A DNA stretch of 64,000 bases from Candidatus Latescibacterota bacterium. GTDB lineage: Bacteria > Latescibacterota > UBA2968 > UBA8231. The stretch is taken from contig CBDFJF010000002.1 of assembly GCA_965248265.1 (NCBI GenBank), forward strand, positions 3,136,001 to 3,200,000, in the 5' to 3' direction. Positions 12,538 through 22,379 of the stretch are shown here, piece by piece; the first letter of the stretch is position 1, and every line of letters begins with the position of its first letter. Below the pieces are notes generated by a model, which was not told the DNA's origin, did not search any database, and worked only from the letters and a program-made list of their open reading frames with translations. The position numbers were made by a program, and so were the translations under genes.

Positions 12538-12957
12538 ATGTTGATGCCGAAGAAAGTCAAGTGGCGCAAACAATCGCGCGGACGGATGAGAGGGCAGACC
12601 AAAGGTGGGGCGATGGTTTCCTTCGGCGAATTCGGTCTCAAGGCGATGGAGCCAGGTTGGATCACGAGTCGCCAGATAGAGGCTGCACGCGTTGCCATAA
12701 GCCGGGCCATGAGTCGTACCGGAAAAATGTGGATCAGGGTTTTCCCGGACAAACCTGTCACCAAGAAACCGGCTGAGACGCGCATGGGAAAAGGCAAGGG
12801 TGCACCGGAGGGTTGGGTGGCCGTCGTCAAGCCGGGACGGGTGATGTTCGAGTTGTCCGGCGTGCCCGTCGAGATGGCTAAACAGGCTCTGCTCAGAGCA
12901 GCACACAAGCTGCCAATCAAAACGAAGTTCGTGGAACGAACGGCCGGTGTGGCATGA
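12538..12957 (+). CDS. rplP: 50S ribosomal protein L16
   Basis: [11 protein letters not shown]...RMGKGKG. Confidence 0.99.
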   Translation: MLMPKKVKWRKQSRGRMRGQTKGGAMVSFGEFGLKAMEPGWITSRQIEAARVAISRAMSRTGKMWIRVFPDKPVTKKPAETRMGKGKGAPEGWVAVVKPGRVMFELSGVPVEMAKQALLRAAHKLPIKTKFVERTAGVA

Positions 12958-13184
12958 CCGCGGTGGAACTCAGAGAATTGAGCGTTGATGACCTCCAGGC
13001 CAAGCTTCGCGACCTGTCGGAAGAAGGTTTCAATCTGCGCTTTCAGCACTCGCTGGGGCAGTTGAGCAGTCCAATTCGATTGCGTCAGGTGCGCAGAGAG
13101 GCCGCCCGCGTTCGTACCGTGATACGGGAACTAGGTGTCACTGCGAGCAATCAGGTTGAAGCAGGAGGGCATGCAGAGGCGTGA
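12954..13184 (+). CDS. rpmC: 50S ribosomal protein L29
   Basis: ELRELS...FNLRFQ...GQL...ARVRT; operon position. Confidence 0.97.
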   Translation: MTAVELRELSVDDLQAKLRDLSEEGFNLRFQHSLGQLSSPIRLRQVRREAARVRTVIRELGVTASNQVEAGGHAEA

Positions 13185-13456
13185 GCGAGACGAAAGATCA
13201 GCTTCGGGGTGGACGTGCAGTCGAAGGTCGAGTCGTCAGCTCCAAGAATGACAAAACCAGAGTCATAGCGGTCGACCAGAGATTGGCGCATGCGCTCTAC
13301 GGGCGCAGCATCAATCGGACGACGAAATTTGTCGCGCATGATGAACTCAACAAGTCGGCGGCCGGAGACTTGGTGCGCATACGGGAATGTCGACCGTTGA
13401 GTCGAACGAAACGCTGGCGAGTCATAGAGATCATAGAAAAAGCACCGAGCGAGTGA
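13181..13456 (+). CDS. rpsQ: 30S ribosomal protein S17
   Basis: [11 protein letters not shown]...AHDE...[11 protein letters not shown]. Confidence 0.98.
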   Translation: MSETKDQLRGGRAVEGRVVSSKNDKTRVIAVDQRLAHALYGRSINRTTKFVAHDELNKSAAGDLVRIRECRPLSRTKRWRVIEIIEKAPSE

Positions 13457-13468
13457 TTGGTTAAGGTC

Positions 13469-13837
13469 ATGATCAGAGAGTACGGAGTAGTCAAAATGGC
13501 GGACAACGCCGGTGCCAAGCGTGGGAAATGTATTCGCGTGCTGGGTGGCACGAAAAAGCGTTACGCCTCAGTGGGAGACCTCATCGTCGTCGCCGTCCAT
13601 GATGTTACTCCCAACGGTCCTCTGAATGAGGGCGAGGTTGCCCGGGCAGTCATCGTTCGCACCAAGAAAGAATACCGGCGTCCTGACGGGTCATATATAC
13701 GTTTCGACGACAACGCGGCGGTCCTCCTGGACCTAAACAACGAACCTCGCGGCACCCGAATTTTCGGTCCAGTGGCCCGCGAGCTGCGAGAGAAGCAGTT
13801 CATGCGCATCGTTTCTCTCGCTCCGGAGGTCGTGTGA
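13469..13837 (+). CDS. rplN: 50S ribosomal protein L14
   Basis: ADNAGAK...FDDNAAVL...[13 protein letters not shown]; ATG at 13469. Confidence 0.98.
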   Translation: MIREYGVVKMADNAGAKRGKCIRVLGGTKKRYASVGDLIVVAVHDVTPNGPLNEGEVARAVIVRTKKEYRRPDGSYIRFDDNAAVLLDLNNEPRGTRIFGPVARELREKQFMRIVSLAPEVV

Positions 13838-13847
13838 GGGACCAATT

Positions 13848-14168
13848 ATGAATATTCGCAGGGGTGATATCGTTCAAGTTATCAGTGGCAATGACAAGGG
13901 GAAGCGCGGTCGCGTGTTGCGGGTATACGGCGAAGCCAACCGGCTGATCGTCGAAGGTGTGCGCATGATGAAACGACACACTCGTCCAACACAGCGTGAT
14001 CCACAGGGTGGCATAGTAGAGCGCGAGGCCACGATGAACGCATCCAACGTCATGGTGATTTGTCCGAAGACCGATACCCCGACGCGGGTTGGCAAGAAAC
14101 GCCTGGATGACGGTCGCAATGTGAGAATCGCCGTCAAGAGCGGCGAAATGATAGACTCCGAAGGGTAG
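13848..14168 (+). CDS. rplX: 50S ribosomal protein L24
   Basis: KOW motif GDIVQVISGNDKGKRG. Confidence 0.98.
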   Translation: MNIRRGDIVQVISGNDKGKRGRVLRVYGEANRLIVEGVRMMKRHTRPTQRDPQGGIVEREATMNASNVMVICPKTDTPTRVGKKRLDDGRNVRIAVKSGEMIDSEG

Positions 14169-14186
14169 GAAGACGAGGACGAAACC

Positions 14187-14726
14187 TTGGCGCGCCTGAA
14201 ATCATTGTACTACGAAACGGTCGTGGCTTCGCTGACCGAGAAATTCTCTTACGGGAATCAGATGGAGGTTCCGCGGTTGGAGAAGATCGTCGTCAACTCC
14301 GGGGTCGGAGAGGCGGCCCAGGATCCGAAGGTCCTTGAAGGAACCCTGGTCGAGTTAACCGCGGTGACCGGTCAAAAGCCGGCCGTCCGGCGCTCACGGA
14401 AGGCCATCTCGAATTTCAAGCTACGCGAGGGAATGCCGGTAGGGGCCGTGGTTACCCTGAGGCGTGAAAGAATGTTTGAATTCCTGGATCGCCTGGTGAA
14501 CTTCGCTCTGCCCCAGACGAGAGACTTTCGCGGCTTGCCGCCAAGATCCTTCGACGGCCGGGGCAACTACAACCTCGGAATTCGTGAGCAAATCATTTTT
14601 CCCGAAATCGATTACGACAAGATCGATCATATCAGGGGAATGAATATCACGATGGTGACTTCCGCGCAGACAGACGAAGAAGCGCGGGAACTGTTGCGCC
14701 TACTCGGCGTGCCATTCGCAAACTGA
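14187..14726 (+). CDS. rplE: 50S ribosomal protein L5
   Basis: [10 protein letters not shown]...FKLREG...FDGRGNY. Confidence 0.99.
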   Translation: MARLKSLYYETVVASLTEKFSYGNQMEVPRLEKIVVNSGVGEAAQDPKVLEGTLVELTAVTGQKPAVRRSRKAISNFKLREGMPVGAVVTLRRERMFEFLDRLVNFALPQTRDFRGLPPRSFDGRGNYNLGIREQIIFPEIDYDKIDHIRGMNITMVTSAQTDEEARELLRLLGVPFAN

Positions 14727-14751
14727 TGTCCTACTGGTCCGGAGCTGATCG

Positions 14752-14937
14752 ATGCCGAAGAAGTGCTTGCTGATCAAACAGCAGAAAGAACCCAAGTTCA
14801 AGGTGAGGAAGTACACGCGTTGCCAGCGTTGCGGACGGCCGCGGGCGGTGTACCGCAAGTTCGGACTATGCCGTATTTGTTTCAGAGAGTTGGCGTTGCG
14901 AGGCGAGATTCCGGGCGTGACCAAGTCGAGTTGGTAG
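14752..14937 (+). CDS. rpsN: 30S ribosomal protein S14, short zinc-binding (type Z) form
   Basis: 61 aa with RCQRCGR...LCRICFR. Confidence 0.98.
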   Translation: MPKKCLLIKQQKEPKFKVRKYTRCQRCGRPRAVYRKFGLCRICFRELALRGEIPGVTKSSW

Positions 14938-14965
14938 ACGGGAACAGAGAACAAGGGAATACACA

Positions 14966-15364
14966 ATGAGTATGACCGATCCGATAGCCGATTTGTTGAC
15001 ACGGATCCGCAATGCGTCCAGGGCCAGACACAAAGTCGTCGACATACCGGCATCCAATTTGAAGCGTGAAATTGCACGCGTGTTGGCTGAGGAACGGTTT
15101 ATCGACAATTTCGCCTACTACGGTGACGGCAAGCAGGGTCAGTTGCGCTTATATCTGAGATATGATGAAGCCGAGGATCCGATCATTCAGGATCTACAGC
15201 GAATTAGCAAGCCCGGGTTGCGCCGCTACTCGTCGAAAAGTGATCTTCCGAGGATCAGACGCGGTCTCGGAATCGCCATCGTGTCGACGTCCAAAGGCGT
15301 GATGACGGATCGCCGGGCCCGGCGCGCCGGTCTTGGCGGTGAGGTGCTGTGCAGTGTCTGGTAG
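14966..15364 (+). CDS. rpsH: 30S ribosomal protein S8
   Basis: [14 protein letters not shown]...SKPGLRRY...GGEVLC. Confidence 0.99.
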   Translation: MSMTDPIADLLTRIRNASRARHKVVDIPASNLKREIARVLAEERFIDNFAYYGDGKQGQLRLYLRYDEAEDPIIQDLQRISKPGLRRYSSKSDLPRIRRGLGIAIVSTSKGVMTDRRARRAGLGGEVLCSVW

Positions 15365-15382
15365 CGAGGGGTAGCGCACGTC

Positions 15383-15940
15383 ATGTCCAGAGTTGGAAAA
15401 ATCCCCGTTCCGGTTCCGTCCGGGGTCGAGGTGTCAGCCGAGGCCTCCGACCTGAAGGTCAAGGGGCCGAAAGGCGAACTGCGCGTGCCATTGAGAACCG
15501 ATGTCCTCGGGGTCGTGGTGGAGGATTCTTCTGTGAGCGTTACTCGCAAATCCGAATCCAAAGAAGCCATGGCCATGCACGGTCTAATCCGCTCCTTGAT
15601 CGCCAATGCGGTCACGGGGGTCACTGTTGGGTTTTCAAAGCGCTTGAACGTTTACGGCGTGGGGTTTCGAGCCGAGTTACAAGGTTCCAGGCTCACGTTG
15701 CATATCGGGTACTCGCATCCGGTAATTTACGAAGCCCCCGATGGAGTCGAGTTGACGACGGAAGATGGTGCGGGTGGGGCTCAGGCGGGCATCGTCATCA
15801 GCGGCATCGACAAGCAGAAGGTCGGACAGGCGGCCGCTGACATCAGGGAGAAGCGGAAACCGGACCCATACAAAGGTAAGGGGATCCGGTATGAGAATGA
15901 GGTCATCCACTGGAAGGCCGGCAAGACGGCCGTCGTGTAG
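15383..15940 (+). CDS. rplF: 50S ribosomal protein L6
   Basis: MSRVGK...PDPYKGKGIRY. Confidence 0.99.
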   Translation: MSRVGKIPVPVPSGVEVSAEASDLKVKGPKGELRVPLRTDVLGVVVEDSSVSVTRKSESKEAMAMHGLIRSLIANAVTGVTVGFSKRLNVYGVGFRAELQGSRLTLHIGYSHPVIYEAPDGVELTTEDGAGGAQAGIVISGIDKQKVGQAAADIREKRKPDPYKGKGIRYENEVIHWKAGKTAVV

Positions 15941-16004
15941 GTCGCGGATCGCATAGGTCGCGGCTCGTGACACCACTTAACCCGAACGCATTACGAAGAT
16001 TCTA

Positions 16005-16373
16005 ATGGCCAGCATCCAACAACAGAAGAACATCTCCCGGGAGCGTCGGCGCTTCAGGGGGCGCAAGAAGATCATGGGTACTGCTGATCGCCCCCGCCTC
16101 GTCGTGCATCGCTCTTTGCGACACATCGAAGCTCAGATCATAGATGATCATACAGGCCATTCTGTCGTGGGGTTGTCGACTCAGTCGAAGGAGTTGAGGG
16201 CCGATGGGGAGGGGAATCGAGTCGCGCAGGGTCACTCCCTGGGCAAGCTCATCGCTGCCAAGGCCAAAGACAGCGGAATCGAGCGCGTGGTGTTCGATCG
16301 GGCTGGCTTTCGATACCACGGCATCGTCAAGGCGGTCGCTGAAGGCGCTCGCGAGGGCGGATTAAACTTGTGA
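16005..16373 (+). CDS. rplR: 50S ribosomal protein L18
   Basis: GTADRPRLVV...VVFDRAGFRYHG...AREGGL. Confidence 0.98.
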   Translation: MASIQQQKNISRERRRFRGRKKIMGTADRPRLVVHRSLRHIEAQIIDDHTGHSVVGLSTQSKELRADGEGNRVAQGHSLGKLIAAKAKDSGIERVVFDRAGFRYHGIVKAVAEGAREGGLNL

Positions 16374-16430
16374 CATCGAGTGTCGAGACGCACAAACATG
16401 TCGACACTATGGCAATGCAAAGGAGATCCA

Positions 16431-16934
16431 TTGGCGCGAATCGATCCGACTAGCCTGGAACTGACTGAGGTCGTTGTCCAGAACAGCGTTCGGCGCGTTT
16501 CCCATGTGCGCAAAGGCGGGCGCAATTTCAGTTTTACCGCCATGGTCGTAGTCGGTGATCGCAACGGCCATGTCGGTGTTGGCTCTGGAAAAGCAGGAGA
16601 AATTGCGGAGGCGATCCGCAAGGGCACGGAAGCTGCGAAAAAGCAGATAATCAAGGTGGCTGTCGTGGACGGGACCATTCCCCATGAGATTACCGGAAAA
16701 TTCAGCGCGGCGAAGGTACTGCTGAAGCCGGCCTCTCCTGGGACTGGCGTTATCGCCAGCGGCGGCATTCGCATTGTACTCGATTTGGCCGGTGTCCATG
16801 ATATCCTGACCAAGTCTCTCGGGTCTGCGAATCCTCAGAACGGGATCAAGGCGACGTTGGAGGGACTGAAGCTGTTGCGGGATGCTGAAACGACCGCCAA
16901 GAACCGCGGTTTGCGGATACGCGATCTGAGATAG
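16431..16934 (+). CDS. rpsE: 30S ribosomal protein S5
   Basis: [16 protein letters not shown]...PASPGTG; probable TTG start after AAGGAG. Confidence 0.97.
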   Translation: MARIDPTSLELTEVVVQNSVRRVSHVRKGGRNFSFTAMVVVGDRNGHVGVGSGKAGEIAEAIRKGTEAAKKQIIKVAVVDGTIPHEITGKFSAAKVLLKPASPGTGVIASGGIRIVLDLAGVHDILTKSLGSANPQNGIKATLEGLKLLRDAETTAKNRGLRIRDLR

Positions 16935-16940
16935 GAATAG

Positions 16941-17120
16941 ATGAAACTGCAGATCAAGCAGACTCGTAGCGCCATCGGGCGAGCCAGAAATCAGCAAGAG
17001 ACGATACGTGCTCTTGGGTTGAGACGGATTCACCACACCGTCGTCCACGAGGATACCCCGCAGATCAGGGGCATGATCAACACGGTATCACATCTGTTGG
17101 CAGTGGAAGAAGTTGAGTGA
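16941..17120 (+). CDS. rpmD: 50S ribosomal protein L30 (not in the ORF track)
   Basis: Translated by hand: [59 protein letters not shown]. Confidence 0.97.
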   Translation: MKLQIKQTRSAIGRARNQQETIRALGLRRIHHTVVHEDTPQIRGMINTVSHLLAVEEVE

Positions 17121-17141
17121 GGGAAATTTCCAAGGAATATT

Positions 17142-17621
17142 ATGCGTCTAGGTGAATTGAAAGGTGCGCGTGGAGCGCGCCGCAACGGCAAGCGTCTGGG
17201 TCATGGACCGGGTTCGGGAACCGGCAAGACGGCCGGCAAGGGGCACAAGGGTCAGCGCGCGCGCTCCGGTGGCCGAAGAGGCAGTCGCAGCGGGTTCGAG
17301 GGTGGCCAGATGCCCCTGCATCGGCGAATACCAAAGATCGGCTTCTCCAACCATCCTTTTAGAAAGCGGTTCGAGATCGTCAACCTGGCGGACATCGATG
17401 AGCGTGCCCTCGAAGGGGAGATCGGTCCGCAGGAATTGAAGCAGGCTGGATTGATCCGGCGGGCGGATTCAGCGATAAAGATCCTTGGGGACGGTACATT
17501 GAGCCGCAAGGTAAGTGTGCGAGCACATGCGTTCTCCCAGACCGCGCTCCAGAAAATCGAGCAAGCGGGAGGCACGGCGGAGCGAATCACCGCGTCCGAT
17601 CCTGCACGGGCTGACGGGTAG
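17142..17621 (+). CDS. rplO: 50S ribosomal protein L15
   Basis: GSGTGKTAGKGHKGQRARSG...FEGGQMPL. Confidence 0.99.
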   Translation: MRLGELKGARGARRNGKRLGHGPGSGTGKTAGKGHKGQRARSGGRRGSRSGFEGGQMPLHRRIPKIGFSNHPFRKRFEIVNLADIDERALEGEIGPQELKQAGLIRRADSAIKILGDGTLSRKVSVRAHAFSQTALQKIEQAGGTAERITASDPARADG

Positions 17622-18956
17622 ATGCTTCAGAGCTTCCAAAACTGTCTCAAGATACCGGATCTGCGCCAGAAGATATTTTTCACGATCGGGATTTTGTGCG
17701 TTTACCGCATCGGCGGGCAAATTACCGTTCCCGGGGTCAACGAGTCGGTACTACGGGAATTCTTCGCGAGCGCCGGCAGTACGCTGTTCGGCCTCTACGA
17801 CATGTTCGTTGGGGGTGCTTTTACGCGAGCCACCGTATTCGCCCTGGGCATCATGCCCTACATCAGCGCTTCAATCATTCTGCAACTGATGGGGGCTGTC
17901 GTTCCCTTCTTTCAAAAATTGCAGCGAGAGGGCGAAGAGGGGCGACGCAAGATAAACCAGTACACCCGCTATTTCACGGTGGTGCTGGCGGTAGCCCAAT
18001 CGCTGGGAGTCAGCTACTTCCTGGAGAGCATTCGTGGACAGGGCTCCGGATTGATGGCCGTTACCGACCCGGGCTGGGCTTTTCGCCTGATGACGATGTT
18101 GACGATCACCAGTGGTACGATCTTCATCATGTGGTTGGGTGAGCAGATTACGGAGCGCGGAATCGGCAACGGCATTTCACTCATCATTTTCGTCGGCATC
18201 GTCGCTGAACTTCCATTCGCTATCAGAAGCGAATGGACGCATTACCTGATTAACCGGGGGGGCACGAAGAACCTGATTGAGGAGATTTTTCTGATCGCCT
18301 TGATGGTTTGCGTTGTCGCCTTCGTCGTTTTGCTTACGCAGGGTCAACGCAGGATTCCGGTGCAGTATGCCAAGAGGGTTGTTGGACGGCGGGTGTACGG
18401 CGGACAGACAACCAACATTCCGTTGCGTGTTAATGCAGCAGGAGTGATCCCGATCATTTTCGCTCAATCCATCATGTTTTTGCCGGGGACGGTCACGCAG
18501 TTTTTCCCCGAGAGCGATCTGATGCAGACGATGGGTGCATTCTTTACCGTGGATTCCCCTTTTTACTGGGGATGCTACGGGCTGATGATCGTTTTTTTTA
18601 CTTATTTCTATACTGCTATCGTGATGGATCCGAACCAGCTTGCTGACAACATGAAGCGTCATGGTGGATTCATTCCTGGAGTCCGGCCGGGCAAGCGGAC
18701 GGCCATGTACATCGATCGCATCATGACCCGGATCACGCTTCCAGGTGCTTTTGCCCTGGCCGCAGTGGCCATTTTCCCGTTTTTCGTGACGCAGCAGTTT
18801 AACGTGACACGCTCCTTTTCTCAGTTTTTTGGTGGAACCGGATTGCTCATTATCGTCGGCGTTGCTCTGGATACGCTACAGCAACTCGAGTCGCAGCTGA
18901 TGACACGGCACTACGAAGGGTTCATGAAAAAGGGACGCATGCAGGGGCGTCGTTAG
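17622..18956 (+). CDS. secY: Preprotein translocase subunit SecY
   Basis: FALGIMPYISASII, WLGEQITERGIGNGISL and IPGVRPG motifs. Confidence 0.99.
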   Translation: MLQSFQNCLKIPDLRQKIFFTIGILCVYRIGGQITVPGVNESVLREFFASAGSTLFGLYDMFVGGAFTRATVFALGIMPYISASIILQLMGAVVPFFQKLQREGEEGRRKINQYTRYFTVVLAVAQSLGVSYFLESIRGQGSGLMAVTDPGWAFRLMTMLTITSGTIFIMWLGEQITERGIGNGISLIIFVGIVAELPFAIRSEWTHYLINRGGTKNLIEEIFLIALMVCVVAFVVLLTQGQRRIPVQYAKRVVGRRVYGGQTTNIPLRVNAAGVIPIIFAQSIMFLPGTVTQFFPESDLMQTMGAFFTVDSPFYWGCYGLMIVFFTYFYTAIVMDPNQLADNMKRHGGFIPGVRPGKRTAMYIDRIMTRITLPGAFALAAVAIFPFFVTQQFNVTRSFSQFFGGTGLLIIVGVALDTLQQLESQLMTRHYEGFMKKGRMQGRR

Positions 18957-18974
18957 TGTGGAGGGCATGAAGAA

Positions 18975-19091
18975 ATGAAAGTCAAGGCATCAGTAGGAAA
19001 GCGTTGTTCGGACTGTAAGATCATCAGGCGGCATGGCGTAGTAAGGGTCATCTGCAGCCGCAATCCCAGGCACAAACAGCGCCAGGGGTAG
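18975..19091 (+). CDS. rpmJ: 50S ribosomal protein L36 (not in the ORF track)
   Basis: Translated by hand: [38 protein letters not shown]. Confidence 0.97.
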   Translation: MKVKASVGKRCSDCKIIRRHGVVRVICSRNPRHKQRQG

Positions 19092-19104
19092 GGAGATATA
19101 AACC

Positions 19105-19488
19105 GTGGCACGTATAGCAGGCGTTGACCTGCCCAGGGACAAGAGAATAGACATCAGTCTTACCTACATCTATGGCATTGGACGCACCTCAGCGAACGCC
19201 ATCCTGTCGGAATCGCAGGTGGATCCGTCTTCACGTGTGAGTTCGTTGTCTGATGAGGACCTGACGAAGCTTCGCGGGATCATCGAGAACAAGTACAAGG
19301 TCGAGGGCAGTCTGCGGGGCGAAGTCAACATGAACATCAAGCGCCTCATGGATGTTGGTTGCTACAGAGGATTGCGTCATCGTCGATCTCTTCCTGCGAA
19401 CGGGCAGCGAACCCGGACCAACGCCAGAACGCGGAAGGGACCACGACGTGCCATCGCCGGCAGGAAGAAAGCTCCTGCCAAGAAGTGA
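19105..19488 (+). CDS. rpsM: 30S ribosomal protein S13
   Basis: ARIAGVDLP...YRGLRHR...[13 protein letters not shown]. Confidence 0.99.
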   Translation: MARIAGVDLPRDKRIDISLTYIYGIGRTSANAILSESQVDPSSRVSSLSDEDLTKLRGIIENKYKVEGSLRGEVNMNIKRLMDVGCYRGLRHRRSLPANGQRTRTNARTRKGPRRAIAGRKKAPAKK

Positions 19489-19547
19489 GTGATCTAGGGT
19501 ACCACCCGATTGCAACACTCGGCGCCATATAACGAGGAAGGCTAAGC

Positions 19548-19940
19548 TTGCCAGCTGAACGCGCTAGAAAGAAACGGAAGAAGTCGAAGAAGGTAGAGGC
19601 TCTGGGCATTGCCCACATACTTTCGAGCTTCAACAACACCATGGTCACGCTGACGGACGTCGAAGGCAACGTCATTTCGTGGGCGACCCCAGGCAAGGTC
19701 GGCATCAAGGGGAGCAGAAAGTCCACTCCCTTCGCAGGCCAGCTGGCTGCTGAGCGGGCGGCGCAAGATGCCATGAGCATGGGGCTGCGTCGAGTCGAGG
19801 TATGGGTCAAGGGACTCGGCGTCGGTCGCGATTCCGCCATTCGTGCGCTACAGAATGCCGGCCTTGAAGTATCCGTTATCAGGGATGTTACGCCGATTCC
19901 GCACAATGGCTGTCGTCCCCCGAAAAGAAGAAGGGTTTGA
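19548..19940 (+). CDS. rpsK: 30S ribosomal protein S11
   Basis: SFNNT...RKSTPFA...[18 protein letters not shown]. Confidence 0.99.
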   Translation: MPAERARKKRKKSKKVEALGIAHILSSFNNTMVTLTDVEGNVISWATPGKVGIKGSRKSTPFAGQLAAERAAQDAMSMGLRRVEVWVKGLGVGRDSAIRALQNAGLEVSVIRDVTPIPHNGCRPPKRRRV

Positions 19941-19992
19941 TGTCATCCATCCAACATGCACACAGTCAATCTCGTAATCGGATAGAGGACGC

Positions 19993-20619
19993 ATGAGTCG
20001 TTACACCGGTCCAAGTTGCCGGCTTTGCCGGAGGGAGGGCACGAAGCTGTTCCTGAAGGGTGAGCGCTGCACTCTCGAGAAATGTGCCTTCGAGCGCCGC
20101 AGTTACGCGCCCGGTCAGCACGGCCAAAACATGCGTCGAAAGCAGTCGGAGTACAGTGTTCAGTTGCGAGCCAAGCAGAAACTTGCTCGACTCTACGGAA
20201 TTCGAGAAGGTCAGTTTCGCAAGTACTACAAAGAGGCGACGCGGATTCCCGGAGTCAGCGGTGAAAACCTGCTTCGTCTGCTCGAGAGCAGGTTAGACAG
20301 CATCGTTTATCGCCTCGGCCTGGCCCCATCGCGAAAGGCTGCCCGAGTGCTGGTCCGACACAAGCACTTCACCGTGAACGGCGCACGCGTCAACGTTCCG
20401 TCCTACCTGACCAAGCCGGGAGACCAGATCTCCGTGGCGCCGCGCAGCAAGCAGTTGGAAGTCATTCACGAGTCACTGAGACGTGCCAGAGACATGGTGT
20501 CCTGGCTCTCCGTGGACAAGGCGAATCTCAACGGGACGGTGCTGGAGCGCCCATCGCGCGAAGACATACCGACCGTGGCCGAGGAACAACTCGTCATCGA
20601 ATTCTATTCTCGAGTTTGA
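19993..20619 (+). CDS. rpsD: 30S ribosomal protein S4
   Basis: RYTGPSCRLCRREG...LESRLD...IEFYSR. Confidence 0.99.
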   Translation: MSRYTGPSCRLCRREGTKLFLKGERCTLEKCAFERRSYAPGQHGQNMRRKQSEYSVQLRAKQKLARLYGIREGQFRKYYKEATRIPGVSGENLLRLLESRLDSIVYRLGLAPSRKAARVLVRHKHFTVNGARVNVPSYLTKPGDQISVAPRSKQLEVIHESLRRARDMVSWLSVDKANLNGTVLERPSREDIPTVAEEQLVIEFYSRV

Positions 20620-20732
20620 GGCCAATCGCGAGTTTTGAGATCGATCTCGATGCTGAGATTAGTAGCATACAAGAGGACGAGGCCCGGAACGGGCGTTTAC
20701 TTTGACCATTCAATGGAGGGGTTGATTACACT

Positions 20733-21749
20733 ATGTCACTGAACGGTTTCCAGATGCCGAGGTTGTTGGAAATCGAAAAGGACAGCCTGAATGAAACGTT
20801 CGGTCGCTTCGTCATGCAGCCCCTGGAGCGTGGTTTTGGGGTGACCGTGGGGCATTCGCTCAGACGAGTCCTGGTGTCATCGATCGAAGGAGCCGCTGTA
20901 AAATCTGTGAATATCGAGAGTGTGCAACACGAGTTTTCGACGATCAAGGGAGTGCGTGAGGACGTACCCGAGATCGTGTTGAACTTGAAGGAAGTCGCGT
21001 TGCGGTATCACGGAGACGAAGATAGAACGTTGCGTATCGAGGCGAGCGGCCCGGGTGACGTCACGGCGAAGGATCTGGCTGTTGATTCCAGCGTTGAGGT
21101 TATGAATCCTGATCGGCACATCGCCACGCTGGGCAAGGGTGCTAAGTTCAATATGGAGTTTACCGTTGGGAAGGGCAGGGGGTACGTTTTCGCAGACGAC
21201 AGCAAGACCCCGGATCTACCCATCGGAACGATTCAACTCGATGCGAACTTCTCGCCTGTGCTCAAGGTCAACTATGATCTCGAACACGCGCGCGTCGGCC
21301 GCCGGACCGACTATGACAAACTCACCATCGACGTTTGGACTGATGGGTCGGTGCGTCCCGAGGATGCCATCGCTCAGGCGGGCAGGCTCATGATCGATCA
21401 TCTAAACCTGTTCGTGAACGTCGAGGAGGAGCCGGCGCCGCCGGAAGAAAAGACTGTCGATGAAGAAACCAAGCGAGTGGCCAAATTACTCGCCATGCCC
21501 ATGGACGAGCTGGAGCTTTCCGTACGCTCAGCCAACTGTCTCAGAGCTGCTGGTATAGGCACGTTGAAGGAGCTGGTTTCGAGGAGCGAAAGCGAGATGT
21601 TGCGTTTTCGTAATTTCGGTCGCAAGTCGCTGACGGAGCTCGGAGAAATCCTGGTAACCATGAACCTGAGTTGGGGAATGGACATCGCCAAGTACGAAGA
21701 TGTCGAGATCGACGAAGAGCCCGTGAGTCCATTGGTCGAGGATTTCTAG
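20733..21749 (+). CDS. rpoA: RNA polymerase alpha subunit
   Basis: PLERGFGVTVGHSLRR; CTD LELSVRSANCL...NFGRKSL. Confidence 0.99.
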   Translation: MSLNGFQMPRLLEIEKDSLNETFGRFVMQPLERGFGVTVGHSLRRVLVSSIEGAAVKSVNIESVQHEFSTIKGVREDVPEIVLNLKEVALRYHGDEDRTLRIEASGPGDVTAKDLAVDSSVEVMNPDRHIATLGKGAKFNMEFTVGKGRGYVFADDSKTPDLPIGTIQLDANFSPVLKVNYDLEHARVGRRTDYDKLTIDVWTDGSVRPEDAIAQAGRLMIDHLNLFVNVEEEPAPPEEKTVDEETKRVAKLLAMPMDELELSVRSANCLRAAGIGTLKELVSRSESEMLRFRNFGRKSLTELGEILVTMNLSWGMDIAKYEDVEIDEEPVSPLVEDF

Positions 21750-21753
21750 GACC

Positions 21754-22170
21754 ATGAGACACAGGAAACGAGTCGCCAAGCTCAACCGGGACCACAGCCA
21801 CCGGAAGGCGACACTCAGCAACATGGTTACGTCTCTGTTTGAGCACGAAATGATAAACACCACGCACGCTAAGGCTCGAGAGCTTCGGCGGGTGGCGGAC
21901 TCCATCATCACCTTCGCCAAGCGGGGGGACCTGCATGCCCGTCGGATGGTGTTGAAGTCGGTCGCCGACAAACGCATCGTCAACAAGCTGTTCGACGAGT
22001 TGGGTCCAAGGTACGCCGAGAGGAACGGAGGCTATACCCGTCTCATCAAGACCGATCCCCGGCGGGGAGATGGTGCGCCGATGTGTTTTGTCGAACTCGT
22101 CGACCGTCCAGAGGGAACCCGTTCGCCGGCGGTGGTAGAAGAAACGGAGCCTGCTGAAGACGACGGTTGA
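21754..22170 (+). CDS. rplQ: 50S ribosomal protein L17
   Basis: MRHRK...RNGGYTR...RRGDGAPM. Confidence 0.99.
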   Translation: MRHRKRVAKLNRDHSHRKATLSNMVTSLFEHEMINTTHAKARELRRVADSIITFAKRGDLHARRMVLKSVADKRIVNKLFDELGPRYAERNGGYTRLIKTDPRRGDGAPMCFVELVDRPEGTRSPAVVEETEPAEDDG

Positions 22171-22239
22171 GTTGTGCAGGTGGTGGGTAGTGTCCGTGCG
22201 AGCTGAGCATAACGGCTACCCATTGGGTGTCGTATCGTG

Positions 22240-22270
22240 AAAGGCGGGATCAATTTGATCTCGCCTTTTT
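22240..22270 (+). terminator. Intrinsic terminator of the ribosomal superoperon
   Basis: AAGGCGGGATCA-att-TGATCTCGCCTT stem ending in a T run. Confidence 0.8.
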
Positions 22271-22379
22271 GCGTACATCATTCGGTCGTTTGCTCTCATT
22301 TGAGTGGGGTGGGTACTCGCAACGCTGATCTAACTTCGACCCAAGAGGCCGGACTCGGCGCATCAGTGATCTGCAGAAT

